Shown: in pieces, positions 23,783 to 36,018 of the stretch | Position numbering within the stretch: the first letter of the stretch is position 1 | Layout: every line of letters begins with the position of its first letter | Source of the DNA: Hydrolagus affinis | Taxonomy: Eukaryota | Length of the DNA stretch: 64,000 nt | NCBI GenBank assembly: GCA_012026655.1 | Contig: JAAILG010000592.1 | Span: forward strand, 1 to 64,000 | Reading direction: 5' to 3' | Notes under the pieces: generated by a model | What the model was told of the DNA's origin: nothing | What the model saw: only the letters and a program-made list of their open reading frames with translations | Database searches by the model: none | Position numbers and translations under genes: made by a program

Positions 23783-26700
23783 ATGGGAAAAGAACTAGAG
23801 AAAAAATAAGTTAAAATGCCTTTAGAGGAAGAAAGGAAAGGATGGAAATTGAAAAATAAATTAACATTTAAAAACAAAAACAGTTAATGTCTTCTGTCCC
23901 ACGAAATGTAGTGCATAAAATAACATTTACTCTGCAAAGATCTGAAAACATATGGGAGATACTAGAAGGATCCCGATGTCATCAAATATTTAAATAAAGT
24001 GGACGAAACACAAAGTCATGTGTCTGTTTCATCGAGTTGAGTGCATGAGTTGCTTAAATGTTGCATGGAATACTGTCTTCCCAATGACTAACCAATACAT
24101 CTTTGAAGTTAGAAAATATAAATAAAAAAACGTTTGGCTCATTTATAGTTACATGGAGGATTAAGGAGAATATCAAATAGTGCATCTGGTGACTCGGTTG
24201 TTGGGGTCAGGCACTTATCATCACTGCAATTCTTAGAGGCTCCAGATTTTATTTCAAGTGTTTTTACATAGAATACTTTAATATTTTAGCAATTTTAATA
24301 TGTTGGTATAGTTGCATTTTCTATTTTATCTGGAGGTGAATGTCAGCAGCACTGATTCATGCAGCACTTGAAGGTACTGTATTCTTGAGAGAAAGCGATT
24401 GTAACCCAGAATCTATCACAATGTTTAAAGGACACAACCAATGGATAACTCACACAGTCAGTGTTGCATTCCAGCATTTGATTTTCAAATGCTCTTTAAT
24501 TGTTATTTCTACTAACAGTCTGATTTAATAAGATCATGGAGATGTAAACCGTAGTATATCATATGCTACACAACGTGAAATAACTATACCAAGTGTGATC
24601 ACATTGCATGTAGTTCATTTGCACGGTTCCTTGAGATGCTTAAAACGGGTGGGGTGGTGTGGGGGGAACGGACTGGTCACTGAGAGGAGACGTCCATTAC
24701 TAGAGTCTACTGGAGAGAAGGAAGATTGATTCACCTGAGTTTACAACTGAAGAACTTGAAACAATCTCCTGAAATCGCAGGAGAAATATTGAGACAATCC
24801 AGGGAAAACTCAGACCATAATCAGAAAAGAGGCAGATGGACAGGCTCATAGTTCAGTGAATCATTGTGCCACGTAGCGTGGCGCTAAGCTTCACTGTGCA
24901 TGGAGCTCTCAGGTTTAGTGCAGGGAAGGAACAGCACTCCAATTGAGTCACAGCGTTTCTGGTGAAGGTAAGTGACAGTCCAGTCCCAGGAACATGCATT
25001 TTTTTGGGTATATCAAGACTGAACAGGACTGAACTCTGTTGTGGTCGCTGCCCTCTCTGCAATGGAACAGCATGAGTAAAAACAAACTCAGTGTCCATGT
25101 TTACATCTGAAGAAAAGCTACAAAAGGTACCGAAGCCTCATTTGTGGAACTGTGTCCCCTATATCGAGTCAGCTCCTTCAGGGGAGATAATGTTGAGAGA
25201 TTGAGAGAAAGAGAAGAGATGCAAGATGAGAGTACAGTACTTTCAATCTTCGAGATATTGTGTTGAAATATTTTAATTAAATATCTTAGAAGGGAATCTT
25301 GCGGTGCTTGATTAATATGTGGGTGGTTTACAAGACCCAAATAAGGTGTTGACATTTCAACATCTTGTCAGAAAAAAAATCTCAATATCAAACCATTATT
25401 TCCAGATCAGCTTGTGTAACAATTACTTTTGTCACTTAATGTTTTTGTCTCATTTGCACAGCATAGTGAATCTATACCAACTAATGTTCATATCTTCAAT
25501 GGCTGAATAAACTCAGGTTTACTGATGTAATTTGTTTGAAATCTTTCACAACATGGAGCAATGGCACTTTACTCTCTTTCCCCAACTATTCTCTCTCCCT
25601 CCGCCCATGAATTCAGCAGTTCCAAAATATGACAGCTGAACTATTTAACTAATTGTATTGCACCTTGTAGATTAATTACCTAGTCACAGTTCTAATCTAA
25701 ATGCCATTTTGATGAGCCCAGGTTATTTCCTTCCATTCAAATCATATGTAGCAAAACAGTACAAAGATATGATACACAACGTAATAAAACATCATCCAGC
25801 ACAATCCATGTATTTACAAAGCATTTATAAGTACCTGCAAACAGTGAAGAGGTACCAGAGCAATTTTGTACTAACTAGACACAGAGATTGTGATGCATGT
25901 CTCTAGGTATTTATTGCTCGAAGTGTCTATCATTCTATTTCCATTTTGCAAATGAACTGTTCATGTGGGGAGATCACTGACACTGGGATGGGTGTATTCA
26001 TTTGATATAAGCCTTAATGAACAGTGCTTTGCGTTTCAGCCAGTTTTTAAGTCAATGAAAAAGGGCTACAATGGGAATAGAATAGAAGTAGAAATTGAGT
26101 AACTGGAGATGTAACCATTTTAGAATAAATTATATTCATTTATGCAAGAACGCGTGGCAGATCTGTGGAAACTAATATAAACGAGCTCCCAAACATGATG
26201 TTTATTAGACATCCCACTTTGCGTTTTTTTCTCACATTTTACAATGTGTTGTTCAAAATATTCAAGATAAACTGTCAAAAGATGTTAGACGAGTTGACTC
26301 AGAAATAACACAGTTATTTGCAGGCCAGTCTTACAGCGTCACTGTACACATAATCATTTCTGGTTTGTTTTACACATGTAAAACTGTTGACATATCAGTT
26401 GACCAGTTATTGATTTGAGACTTAGAGATTGCATTCTGTTTTGTATCATTATGCAGCAATTAGGAAAAGAACGCTTTGTAATTGCTTTGTTACAGGTGTG
26501 AAACAACTCCCAACAGATTATTGCAATATCTCCTACTTGTTAAGTCTTTATAAAATTCTCTTCAGAGCTGATGGGTTTAACAGGCATTACAATTGAAACA
26601 AAATGTACTTGTAAACTGATGTTTGCTAATCCAAACTTTTTTTTTAAAACGTTCACTAACTATTCCTAATGGGAATGAAGAGTGTCTGTACATCACGAGT

Positions 26701-26935
26701 TTTACACTATTGACAATTGCTTTGATATCTGATGAACTTTTACAAATGATTAGTTGATACATCCAACAACAAACAACAATGCACAACATTTGTATGGTGC
26801 CTTCAATGGTGGGTGCAAATCCTTGACTATCCAAGTTGTTGGGCAGTCAAGGACTTAGATTCAGATAAAAAGACACTTCAGACCATTTGATCTCAAACTT
26901 CTCCCATACAAATCTTTGCATCACAGCATCAAGCT

Positions 26936-27130
26936 AAAATAATAATAATAATTCTTGCATTTGATGTAGCGTTTTTCACATCTTATCGACATCTCAAAGC
27001 ACTTCACAGAATATACTGTAAAGTGAATTGATTTATATTTGTGAGCAAAACGCGGCAGCCAATTGCACACAGCAATGTCCCACAAACAGTCGTGGATTGA
27101 AATGAGCAATTTTTATTATTGTGTTTTCTT
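26936..27130 (-). mobile_element. tRNA-derived SINE, 3' half
   Basis: Same body and tail as the other copies. Confidence 0.85.
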
Positions 27131-29270
27131 TTGGACTAAGCTGTTTCTTAAATCTATATACCATCCCAGCCTCAACCCCTCCCTTCTAAGTAACCTGTTC
27201 CAGTCAGTAATTACCCCCTGGGGAAAAAAAATAGGATTACAACACTGTATTGTGCTGTCTAATTCTGATTCCTTGGTTTTTCCTTAAAGTACAGTATTGG
27301 GTTTACTTTCCTTTCCCCGTTTAAAATTTTATACAGTTACATAATGTCACTGAGAAATAACTTTCCAAGGCAAAAGAGCCAAAGTTTATCTGTTCATCTG
27401 CTCATAGTTTATTCCTCTAACACTGAGTAATCACCCTTGGTGCTTTCCTCTGCATCGTTTCCAGGGCCCTCTAATGTAGACCACAATTGTATGCGATAGT
27501 CAAGGTATAGGCTGACCAGAGTATTGTACAGCTTGAGTTTGACTCAGGGATTTTATTTCTGGTCTTTACTGTACTGTAACCCAAAGAGGAATCATCAGAA
27601 ATCATTGTTTTCCATGGCATCAGTGTTTGTCCTGTTTTAGTTAAGCTAAATAAACTATACTAGATGATTGCAATCACCAATAGCTGTACAACTGTGTTTT
27701 AGTGAAGAGGGGTGAGGGATATCATATGAAAAATATTTCTATGACGGGATTGGTTTAATAGTTAATTTGAACCAAGGCCAAAAGTTTAGTGAGCATCATT
27801 GGATGATCATTGCATCCAATAGGTAGAGATTGTTCATACTCTGTTTAGATCACTTGTATTCCAATTTAAACTTTTTTTTAAATCAAGAGCAGAGAGCTCT
27901 CTAAAATGTCCATACAAATCATATTTCTCCTCTGTCCAAAGAAAATCAGCCTCTAGTCTGGAATATTCCTCAGTCAAGAAGGCATGAGAAATGAAAGATA
28001 AAGGCACCTCACACCCCCAAAAAGATTGCTGATTTGTTACATGCCAACTTAAGATTTTTAGTTCCGCTCTTAATTCTCAACAAATAACAAATTACAAAAT
28101 TGATTGGTCATGAGTAACATATTCTTATGAACCACCCACACATTAATTCAGTGAAGATTGCCTTGCGTATACACTTCTAATTACTTATGGAGTGCTCTGC
28201 AGTGAAACTTTGAGAGAGAAGTGAAGTGGGAGGTGATAGCAGGAAGACCATTACCTTTCACAGTACAGTATTAGGTTAAGAATTCTGTAATTATAACAGC
28301 TAGTGAGTCATGAAGCTATAAATTTTAAATAATCTCTGTGAAAAGTACAGGGCGTCTAATATGATGGAGGGAAACTGCTTATTGCTGGACTGAGAGATAA
28401 CACTTCCCAGTTCCTCAGCTGCAGCTGAGGACACAATCACAGTAGAAATGTTTTTTATATTCCCAAATATGCTAAGATATTGCTATGGGTTTACTGCTCA
28501 TGCAGTGAAATAAATTTTAGCATCACATTTGGCTGATGATATTAATCCAAGAATCAGAATTCATTTTAGTTTATGTGTTTTAATAATTTTTTTAATTAGA
28601 CCTCTCAAATATCTTAAAAAAACAATATTTTGTAAATTGTGGTTTTTACTGATGCACGAACATCTCAACAGATAATAAATAGTCAGTCCTATGGAGCTTC
28701 ATATCCACATCCAATATTCTTCCTTTTTCCATCTTCATAAAGATAGAGAATTAAGTGGAGCGTGGCCCTCTACTGCCTCACTCAGCTATCATTTTTCACA
28801 CTTGAATACAAACAATGATTATTGTTTTGTTGACCTTTGTGAAAATCACAGCTGAGCCTTTACGCATTTATAAACTCACACGCTCAAAATTAGTTATTAA
28901 ATACTGATCACGAGCAGGTGCTCTGGCCAATTGTCATTCTCCTTAGCTTGAGCTTTGCTGAAGGCAATTTTAAGCATAGCCAGCACAGTAGAGATTGGCT
29001 CACACCACAAATCAGGGATTACATTTAGACATCTCTGGGTTTTGTAGCTCAAGTGCAATGCCAGAGAATACATGTTTCCACTGAACTGTCAGGGAGCTTC
29101 ACTCAGGGGCCTATTCCGTATGATTACATTATGTACTGATTGGCTGGTGAAATAATTATGTTGGTTGTTCCAGCAGGTTGATGTACTGGGAAAATAAAAT
29201 AAGACTGGAGATGGGAGGGGGCAGAAATTAATAATTGAATACAATGCATAGTTCAGGATGAGATATTTTT

Positions 29271-29648
29271 GTGCGTCAGTCTGGCTCAGTGATAGCACTC
29301 TCATTTCTGAGTCAGAAAGTTGTGGGTACAAGCCCCACATCGTGCATTGTCAGAGGTTGCCAACCTTCAGATGAGATATTAAACTGAGGCCCTGCCTGAC
29401 TGTTCAGGCGAACATTAAAACTTCCATGGCATTATTCGAAAAGAGAAGAGAGGGTGCCCGATGTCCTGGCCAACAATCCCCAGATAAATTAAATAATTAA
29501 CTTTGAAGCTGTTTGCTATGCGTAATTATGCTGCCCTTCGTCTACAAATACACAGTCACCACACTTCACAGGTAAAATATTGTGAAACTCTTTGGGACAT
29601 CCTTGCGACGTGAAAGGCGCTATGCTAAAGGCAAGGATTATTATTATT
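29271..29648 (+). mobile_element. DeuSINE (tRNA head, Deu domain, L2-type tail), near full length
   Basis: A-box tggctcagtgatag, degenerate B-box ggtacaagccc, Deu core ttcagatgagatattaaactgaggccc..ccatggcattattcgaa..gtcctggccaac, tail tttgggacatcc..gtgaaaggcgctat..(ATT)n. Confidence 0.8.
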
Positions 29649-31634
29649 TTATAACATCAACTATTATACGTTATTTTTTGACAATCAAGTCATTGAAATG
29701 CATCCATGGAACGTTCTGCTTCTTCACATGTAAGGTGTTGGAAATTATGATGTTGATGTAGTTGGGCATGGACTCTTGTTGTAATTTCCAATCTCCCTCA
29801 GGGTGTCACCAGAAATAGTTGCAGTGTGAATGCCACATGCTTTCATACAGGGAAAGAGAATAAGGTGAGCCAATACACAATGCTCTCGTACACCTTTCTG
29901 CTATTTATAGTACAGCATATAATTGACAAGAGGCCTTAAGGGAGAGAAAAGGAAAAGCAAAAACATAACTTACCATCGATTGCTATTAACAATCAATATG
30001 ATGTGCTGAATCCAGGTTAGCTTTCACAACTCCACACATATTGGAGGTCCTGATGTCAGCCAGGCAAATAAGGGATAGCAAGAAACATATACAAGGCACT
30101 TCTTTCCCAATAAGAGCAATGCATATCCACATTGGTCTCCAGCTAGGTTCTAGCCTCTAATGAGAGATGACACTCACTGCAGGCGAACTTAAAAATGTGG
30201 CAGGAAAAGTTGTAATATAATGTAGTAGTTATAATGTAATAATCAAAATCATAAATGTACTATGTGCAGACCAACCCTGTTATGGTGGTTTGGGTCCATA
30301 TACTCCAAGGTCCAAGGGATACACAATACAAATATGGTTACTTCTGGGCTATCAAGTTGCTGCTGGCATCACTTCCTGCGTGCTTAGAATGCACAATAAG
30401 CTGGCCAGCTAATGCTGGAAAGTGTCACAGGACTGCACTCGCAACTCCTTTCAGACGGCTCTTTATTCAGGCATCTTATCTCGTTCTCTTTTAAAGTAAT
30501 CCGTAAACTTTGCCCTAAAAATGGTTTGAGGCAGAGAATTCAACAGTTCACCTTTCCTCTGCACAAAAATACAGAAATGTCTTCCAGCCCTTGTTTGGAT
30601 CATTTTAAAGTTATGCCCTTTGAATGACGCGCTGTTTATTCATTCAACGGGAAATGATTATACCTGTGTGGAATGTTCATGCATGAGCTGCTCTGCTTCA
30701 CCTGCTCATGGGAAGGGTGGAGTAACAAACCAATCAAAACAGGTTACAATCAAGAGAACAGTTCAATGTACAAAAAAATACACACAAATAGTTTATTATC
30801 TGTTTACAGCCAGTCATAGCCCAGTTCTTTGTAATATTTTAAAACCTATTTGTTATATTGGAGAACGGAAAATACTCAGACTTTAGGGGAAATATATCAA
30901 ACCTACCATTGTATTTACTGATTTATTGTCCTTATCAGAAACCAGGCCGACCTGGAACAAGATCAAACATCAAAGACAAATGGAGAAGAATCAGACAATC
31001 TCCCGATACTACTAAAAGAGATTGTTTATGACCCGACATTTGGACATTTTCAGATACATTCCCATTACCAAAAATGGGGTTTAGTCATGCTGCCTTGCAC
31101 TGATCATTTTGTTTTTGATTACAAATGACTCCAGCTCCTTGTCAAGTGGATTCCCCCACAAAAGTCACTGGTGAACAAATGATAAACTGTCAATTTTAAC
31201 TAAGTGAATGCTCCACATTAAAAATTAAATCTCTGCATGGTTCTATACAGTAGAAATACATATTTAACCTGTATATAGCATTGATCTAACCCAGCTGAAA
31301 TTCTTCTTTTAGGGCCATTTCTTAGCCTATACCAGTGGTCATCGAGTCCTCGATCAATTATTTAGATTATCTGCAGTGATATATAACAATCAATAGTGAA
31401 GGAAAACTGAATCATCTCATCTAATGTTCCCATTACAATAATCAATAAAATGATTTGCTGTTGACTTGCTTGGTGTAAGAGCAATATCTTTTACGCATTA
31501 CTATTTTATTAATTGTGGTGGATTCTAACCAATGAATAAGTCCAAATCAATAATAAATGGTCAGTGCTATGGAGCCTTATCCCTTTATTACGTTTTCTAT
31601 TCCCATTCTTTCTAAGGGTAGTGAATTGTGTTAC

Positions 31635-31772
31635 AATATGGTTCCATAGGCAGTAGTGAGCTTCCACTGCCTCGCTCCAGCAGTCATTCTTCCAATGTGA
31701 ATTAGAACAATGATAGTTGGCAGGTTTATTGACCACGGCAACCATCACAGCTGAGCCTGATCTTGGCTTGTG
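31635..31772 (-). mobile_element. LF-SINE-like fragment
   Basis: ggttcca..cctcgctccagcagtcattcttc..ggcaggtttattgacc..catcacagctgagcctgatc is the reverse complement of the LF-SINE 3' half. A weaker copy lies at ~28750-28990. Confidence 0.6.
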
Positions 31773-34700
31773 CAGTGTAATAACTAAGGCCTTTGTGCAT
31801 TATGCAAATTTGGAATACCTGAAATGTGAGGAGGCCATGAAATAACATAACCATTGTCAGAGGTTCAGTTGATGTACTATACCAGCACAAAAGCTTTTTG
31901 TCAACTTTTACACATTTATTTCTCTACATGTACCCATGACAGTACACAACATATGAAATGTTAATTGACTAAACAGTTCAATGATTTTAATTACATTCTA
32001 TGTTTCACAACTTTCCATTCCCCTGGCTAAGCCATTAGATGTGTGCATTCCTTTTCAGTCAGGAGGACAGGACTCTGTTAGAAGGGGCTGCCTGATTGGT
32101 ATGGCTAAGGACCTATTCTTCACCCAAGATTGCCCTCTAATTTCTTCTTATTCCCTTTGGAAACAATCGAGCTTCCACTTGATACCTCCTCCAATTGTAT
32201 GGTTGAAATCGGGAATCTGATGGTAAGAATCACAAGTGTGAATCCACAATCTATCATCAGTGGCTCAGAACATTGCAGTGACAGGGCACTGTGACACCTG
32301 CTATGAAGGGAATCCCAAATAATCAGCACTTTCCAAAGGTTTAAGAAAAACTACATTGGGCAACCATACATTTAATTATGTGTCTTAAGTAAGTAAATGT
32401 CTTACCGTCAAACATTAGAACAAAGTTGTACTCTTTGTTGCATATTAAAATAAATGCAATTAAAATAGATATTGAATGATTCATTCCATTTTTTTTGACT
32501 GGAAGTCTACCATGAGATTGCTGTGTTAGTTGCAACCAGCAGTAATTATTTTGGCTGTTTAGTAATCAATATGATTCAACTAGGACAGAAAATCCTCGTA
32601 TTGTTTGTTGCTTTCTTATCAGTGTGAGAAATAAAATCTGAAAATATAATTTCTTCATTGATTTATAAGAATTGATCAATCTGCCAAATGCTAAGCAAAC
32701 AAAGATTCACTTTTCCATTTCTTCAAATGTTTGTGGCGGTCTCTAATCAGTATTCAACCCCAGTATTTCATTGATTAATTGAATGAGAGTTGCTATCTTT
32801 TTTATTGATTGCACTGATGGTTTGGGGGCAAATGCTGTTGAGAGTTTATTCTTCGGGTCCTTGGGGTTCATTTCCAATCAGATTTACAGGCTGGCAATCT
32901 CATACAGTTTTAATAGGAAACAGAAATGAGAGTGCTGATAAGAAGAGGGGGGTAATGAATAAGTTTTACGATGCTGAACTCAAATCTTTGAATTATTTGA
33001 AAATGACCATTTACTTTACCAAGTGACAGCTTGTGTTACTCAAGCTCTATGGGAATTGGAAGACATCTGAAAGAGGAGATGTACTTCAGTGTAATGTAGT
33101 GCAATATATTTACAATCAACAAGATACAAGGCAATTCCATATTAAAATATAAAATATATTTAAACATTCAACATCCTATTCACATAGGATCACGAACATG
33201 TACATATTTTGATAGCTGCAAAGTACGGTTCGGGCTAATTTTTTTTGATTCATTCATTCTGTAAACTATTCTGTTTGGATTTTTAACATTTGTTTTTTTG
33301 TTATTGAATGACAGAGCTGGAGAATGGGAATTTCCAATGTTTGCTTTCACATTCAGGTGGTTTCTGCCAGAATCAACATATCCTGAAGGGCAACCCTTTG
33401 CCAGGGTTCCAGTTCAAACTGAAGAGTCCCAGATATTAATATCACTTCAGAACTCGTTTTAAAATTACCTAGTCAGAATATTAAATCTTCAATAAACTAT
33501 TGAATCCAGAGGTCATATTTACTGACATTCTGTCAAGAAGAGGGAGTTATTGACGTTGGCTTTTTTGGTTTATTCCCTGAGGTTTTTTTTTGCAGCAGAA
33601 AAATCAATAAAGATATTTGCAAATGTAGCTTGAACCTGACCAAATTCATCATTATCTGGAATGATAATCGTCATTTTGCTTTTCATGCATTTCAACAGTT
33701 GAAATCACTTACGGTTGATAGTTTGGTTCTTTTTTTTACAGGATGATCTGAAGATAGACCTATAATTCGGTAACTAAAAGACATATGCAATGACTTCATG
33801 GCCATCTTTTGGGGAATAATGGAATCCAAGCTTCAAGTGTCTTCACCAATTTACAGAAGTCAACTGGAGTGAAGAGGAGAATTACCTGCACATTGTGACA
33901 CTACCTGTCCTGCTTCATTGAATAAAGCCAGGTTTACCCTTGCTGCTGCAAGTCTATGTCATCAATTGTATCCATCTACATCTGTGATCACATTTTTCTT
34001 TCTCCCTTAGCTATTACTTTTTGAGAGCTGGAGCTGTCGCTGGGAAATTTTCTTTCATTGTCTGTATTTTTATATTTGTACTGTTTTTCCTGAAGATATC
34101 TCAAATCCTTCCTTGGATAGACATCCATTTAGACCATAGGTGGGGGGAAAGCAGGTTATGAATTGTGTCTTGTGTTTATGCAGTGCACTGATTAAAATAA
34201 AAGGATCCTGCAAGCATCTAGAAAGCATCTGAGGATCCCAAGGTATTTGTGAGATTCTCAAGCTCATTGCTGGCCTTCGGGGAGGGCAGGCATTTCTTCA
34301 CAGGGAGAGAGTGGAAAGATGATTACATTCACAAATCCCAAAAGCTGGTAAGAGACCATGCACATTAATAAACCATCCTTGAATTTGATGTGGCGCTCTG
34401 TCATCAATATGTCCCAAAACAGTTCACTGATATACTGTGAAGCGATGTGATTGTATGTGTTTTGTGGGCATAGTATATCTTGTGGCCTGGGAGTGGGTTC
34501 AAGCTGGAGAATGGCAGTCTGGGGAAAGACAGAGAGAAGATGGAAATAATGCTTGGGGAAGAGGGAGAGTGGGGGCAGTGGAAGAAGGCTGGGGTAATTT
34601 GACACTTCTTCCCAGAGGTGAAGGCTGTATGGTAAATGGTATGATACGTCCACTTGTTGCGTGCACAAGTGTTCGGGGCTGAATATAATGGGTGGGGAGT

Positions 34701-35283
34701 CACACTCTCACATTTCCTGTCAGAGAGTCACAAAAGGGCAAGGGGAATTATAGAGGCCACTGGTTGAGATGAGAGTGTAAAGTTGCGGGGAAAAAATTAT
34801 CAAAAAAGGGAAGATAAAAAAAATGAAAGTTGAATATCAAGATGTCAAGAGATGGCTTTATGATCTCAGATGGTGTAAGATGAGCTGCAGATTCTTAAAA
34901 CCTTGTTCTGATAAATCTGTCAAAAACACTTAAAATCAAACAGGCAACAGCAAAATGTAATCCGTACATAAGAAGGAATCCATTGAATGAGGCGATATAC
35001 CGTTGTCTTTGGAGAATTTACTGCTACTTGACATTTGTTGGATACATATGCTGCTCCTGAAACGATACAGGAAATCTTGTCTGCTTTTAGACCAGTAGTT
35101 TTACATTACATTCAATGCCACTCCTAATGATCACTAACCTTGGTATGTGAGAGATACCACTGAGCTTTGAAGAAACCTTTTAGTCCTCAGGTACAGGCTT
35201 CTGGCTTGCTGCAATATCCTTGTTTCTGTACTAAAGAAGAGATCTATATGTTGCATAAAGGTGTTTTTGGCCACGTCATTATT

Positions 35284-35592
35284 CAACGACAACAACAAAA
35301 TTACACTTCTATAGCAGCTTTCACATCAGGAGGAATTCCCAAAGCACTGGACAATCATTGTTTCAGACCCGAGCTGGGGTCAGGGAGGGTGGAGGGAAAG
35401 GGGGGGATTTGGGGTGACTGAGGGCACTGTCGAAGAGGAGGGTCTTTAGGTGGGACTTGAAGGAGGCCAGGGTGGGGGTGAGGTGGAGGGACTGCGGGAT
35501 TGAATTCCAGAGGTTGGGGGCAAGCTTGCTGAAGGCTCGCCCGCCAATAGTGGGGTGGGTGGGTTGGGGGATGTGGAGCAGCTGGAGCCTGT
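35284..35592 (-). mobile_element. L2 LINE 3' end with ORF2 C-terminus
   Basis: Translates as TIGGRAFSKLAPNLWNSIPQSLHLTPTLASFKSHLKTLLF. Confidence 0.9.
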
Positions 35593-35861
35593 TATTCAAA
35601 GTAGAAACATAGGTTTCTTACCAGAAAGCTGGGTGCATTATGAGTGTTAATTCCACAGAGTGTTAAAATGGCATCCTGAATAACATGAGTGATTCTTCAG
35701 TGGTTTATAAATGTCAAGTGAATGGAGCATGAATTGTGTCGGTTATTTCATTGTTAGGTACTTGTTATTTTATGTAATACAGTACTGTACCTCATATTTT
35801 ACAAACAGAAAGAAACAAAGTTTGCATTATTTATCCTTGTGGAATAAAGTCACAAAAATCC

Positions 35862-36018
35862 ACAAGTGTTTATGGGACACTGCTGTGTGCAAGTTTGGCT
35901 GCTGCATTTCGCGCATGCAATATAGTCAATTCACTTTATAGTATATTCTGTGAAGCACCTTGTGACATCTAGAAGATGTGATAAGGCACTATATCCAATG
36001 CAAGGATTATTATTATTG
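35862..36018 (+). mobile_element. tRNA-derived SINE, 3' part
   Basis: gggacactgctgtgtgcaag..caatgcaaggattattatt. Confidence 0.8.
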
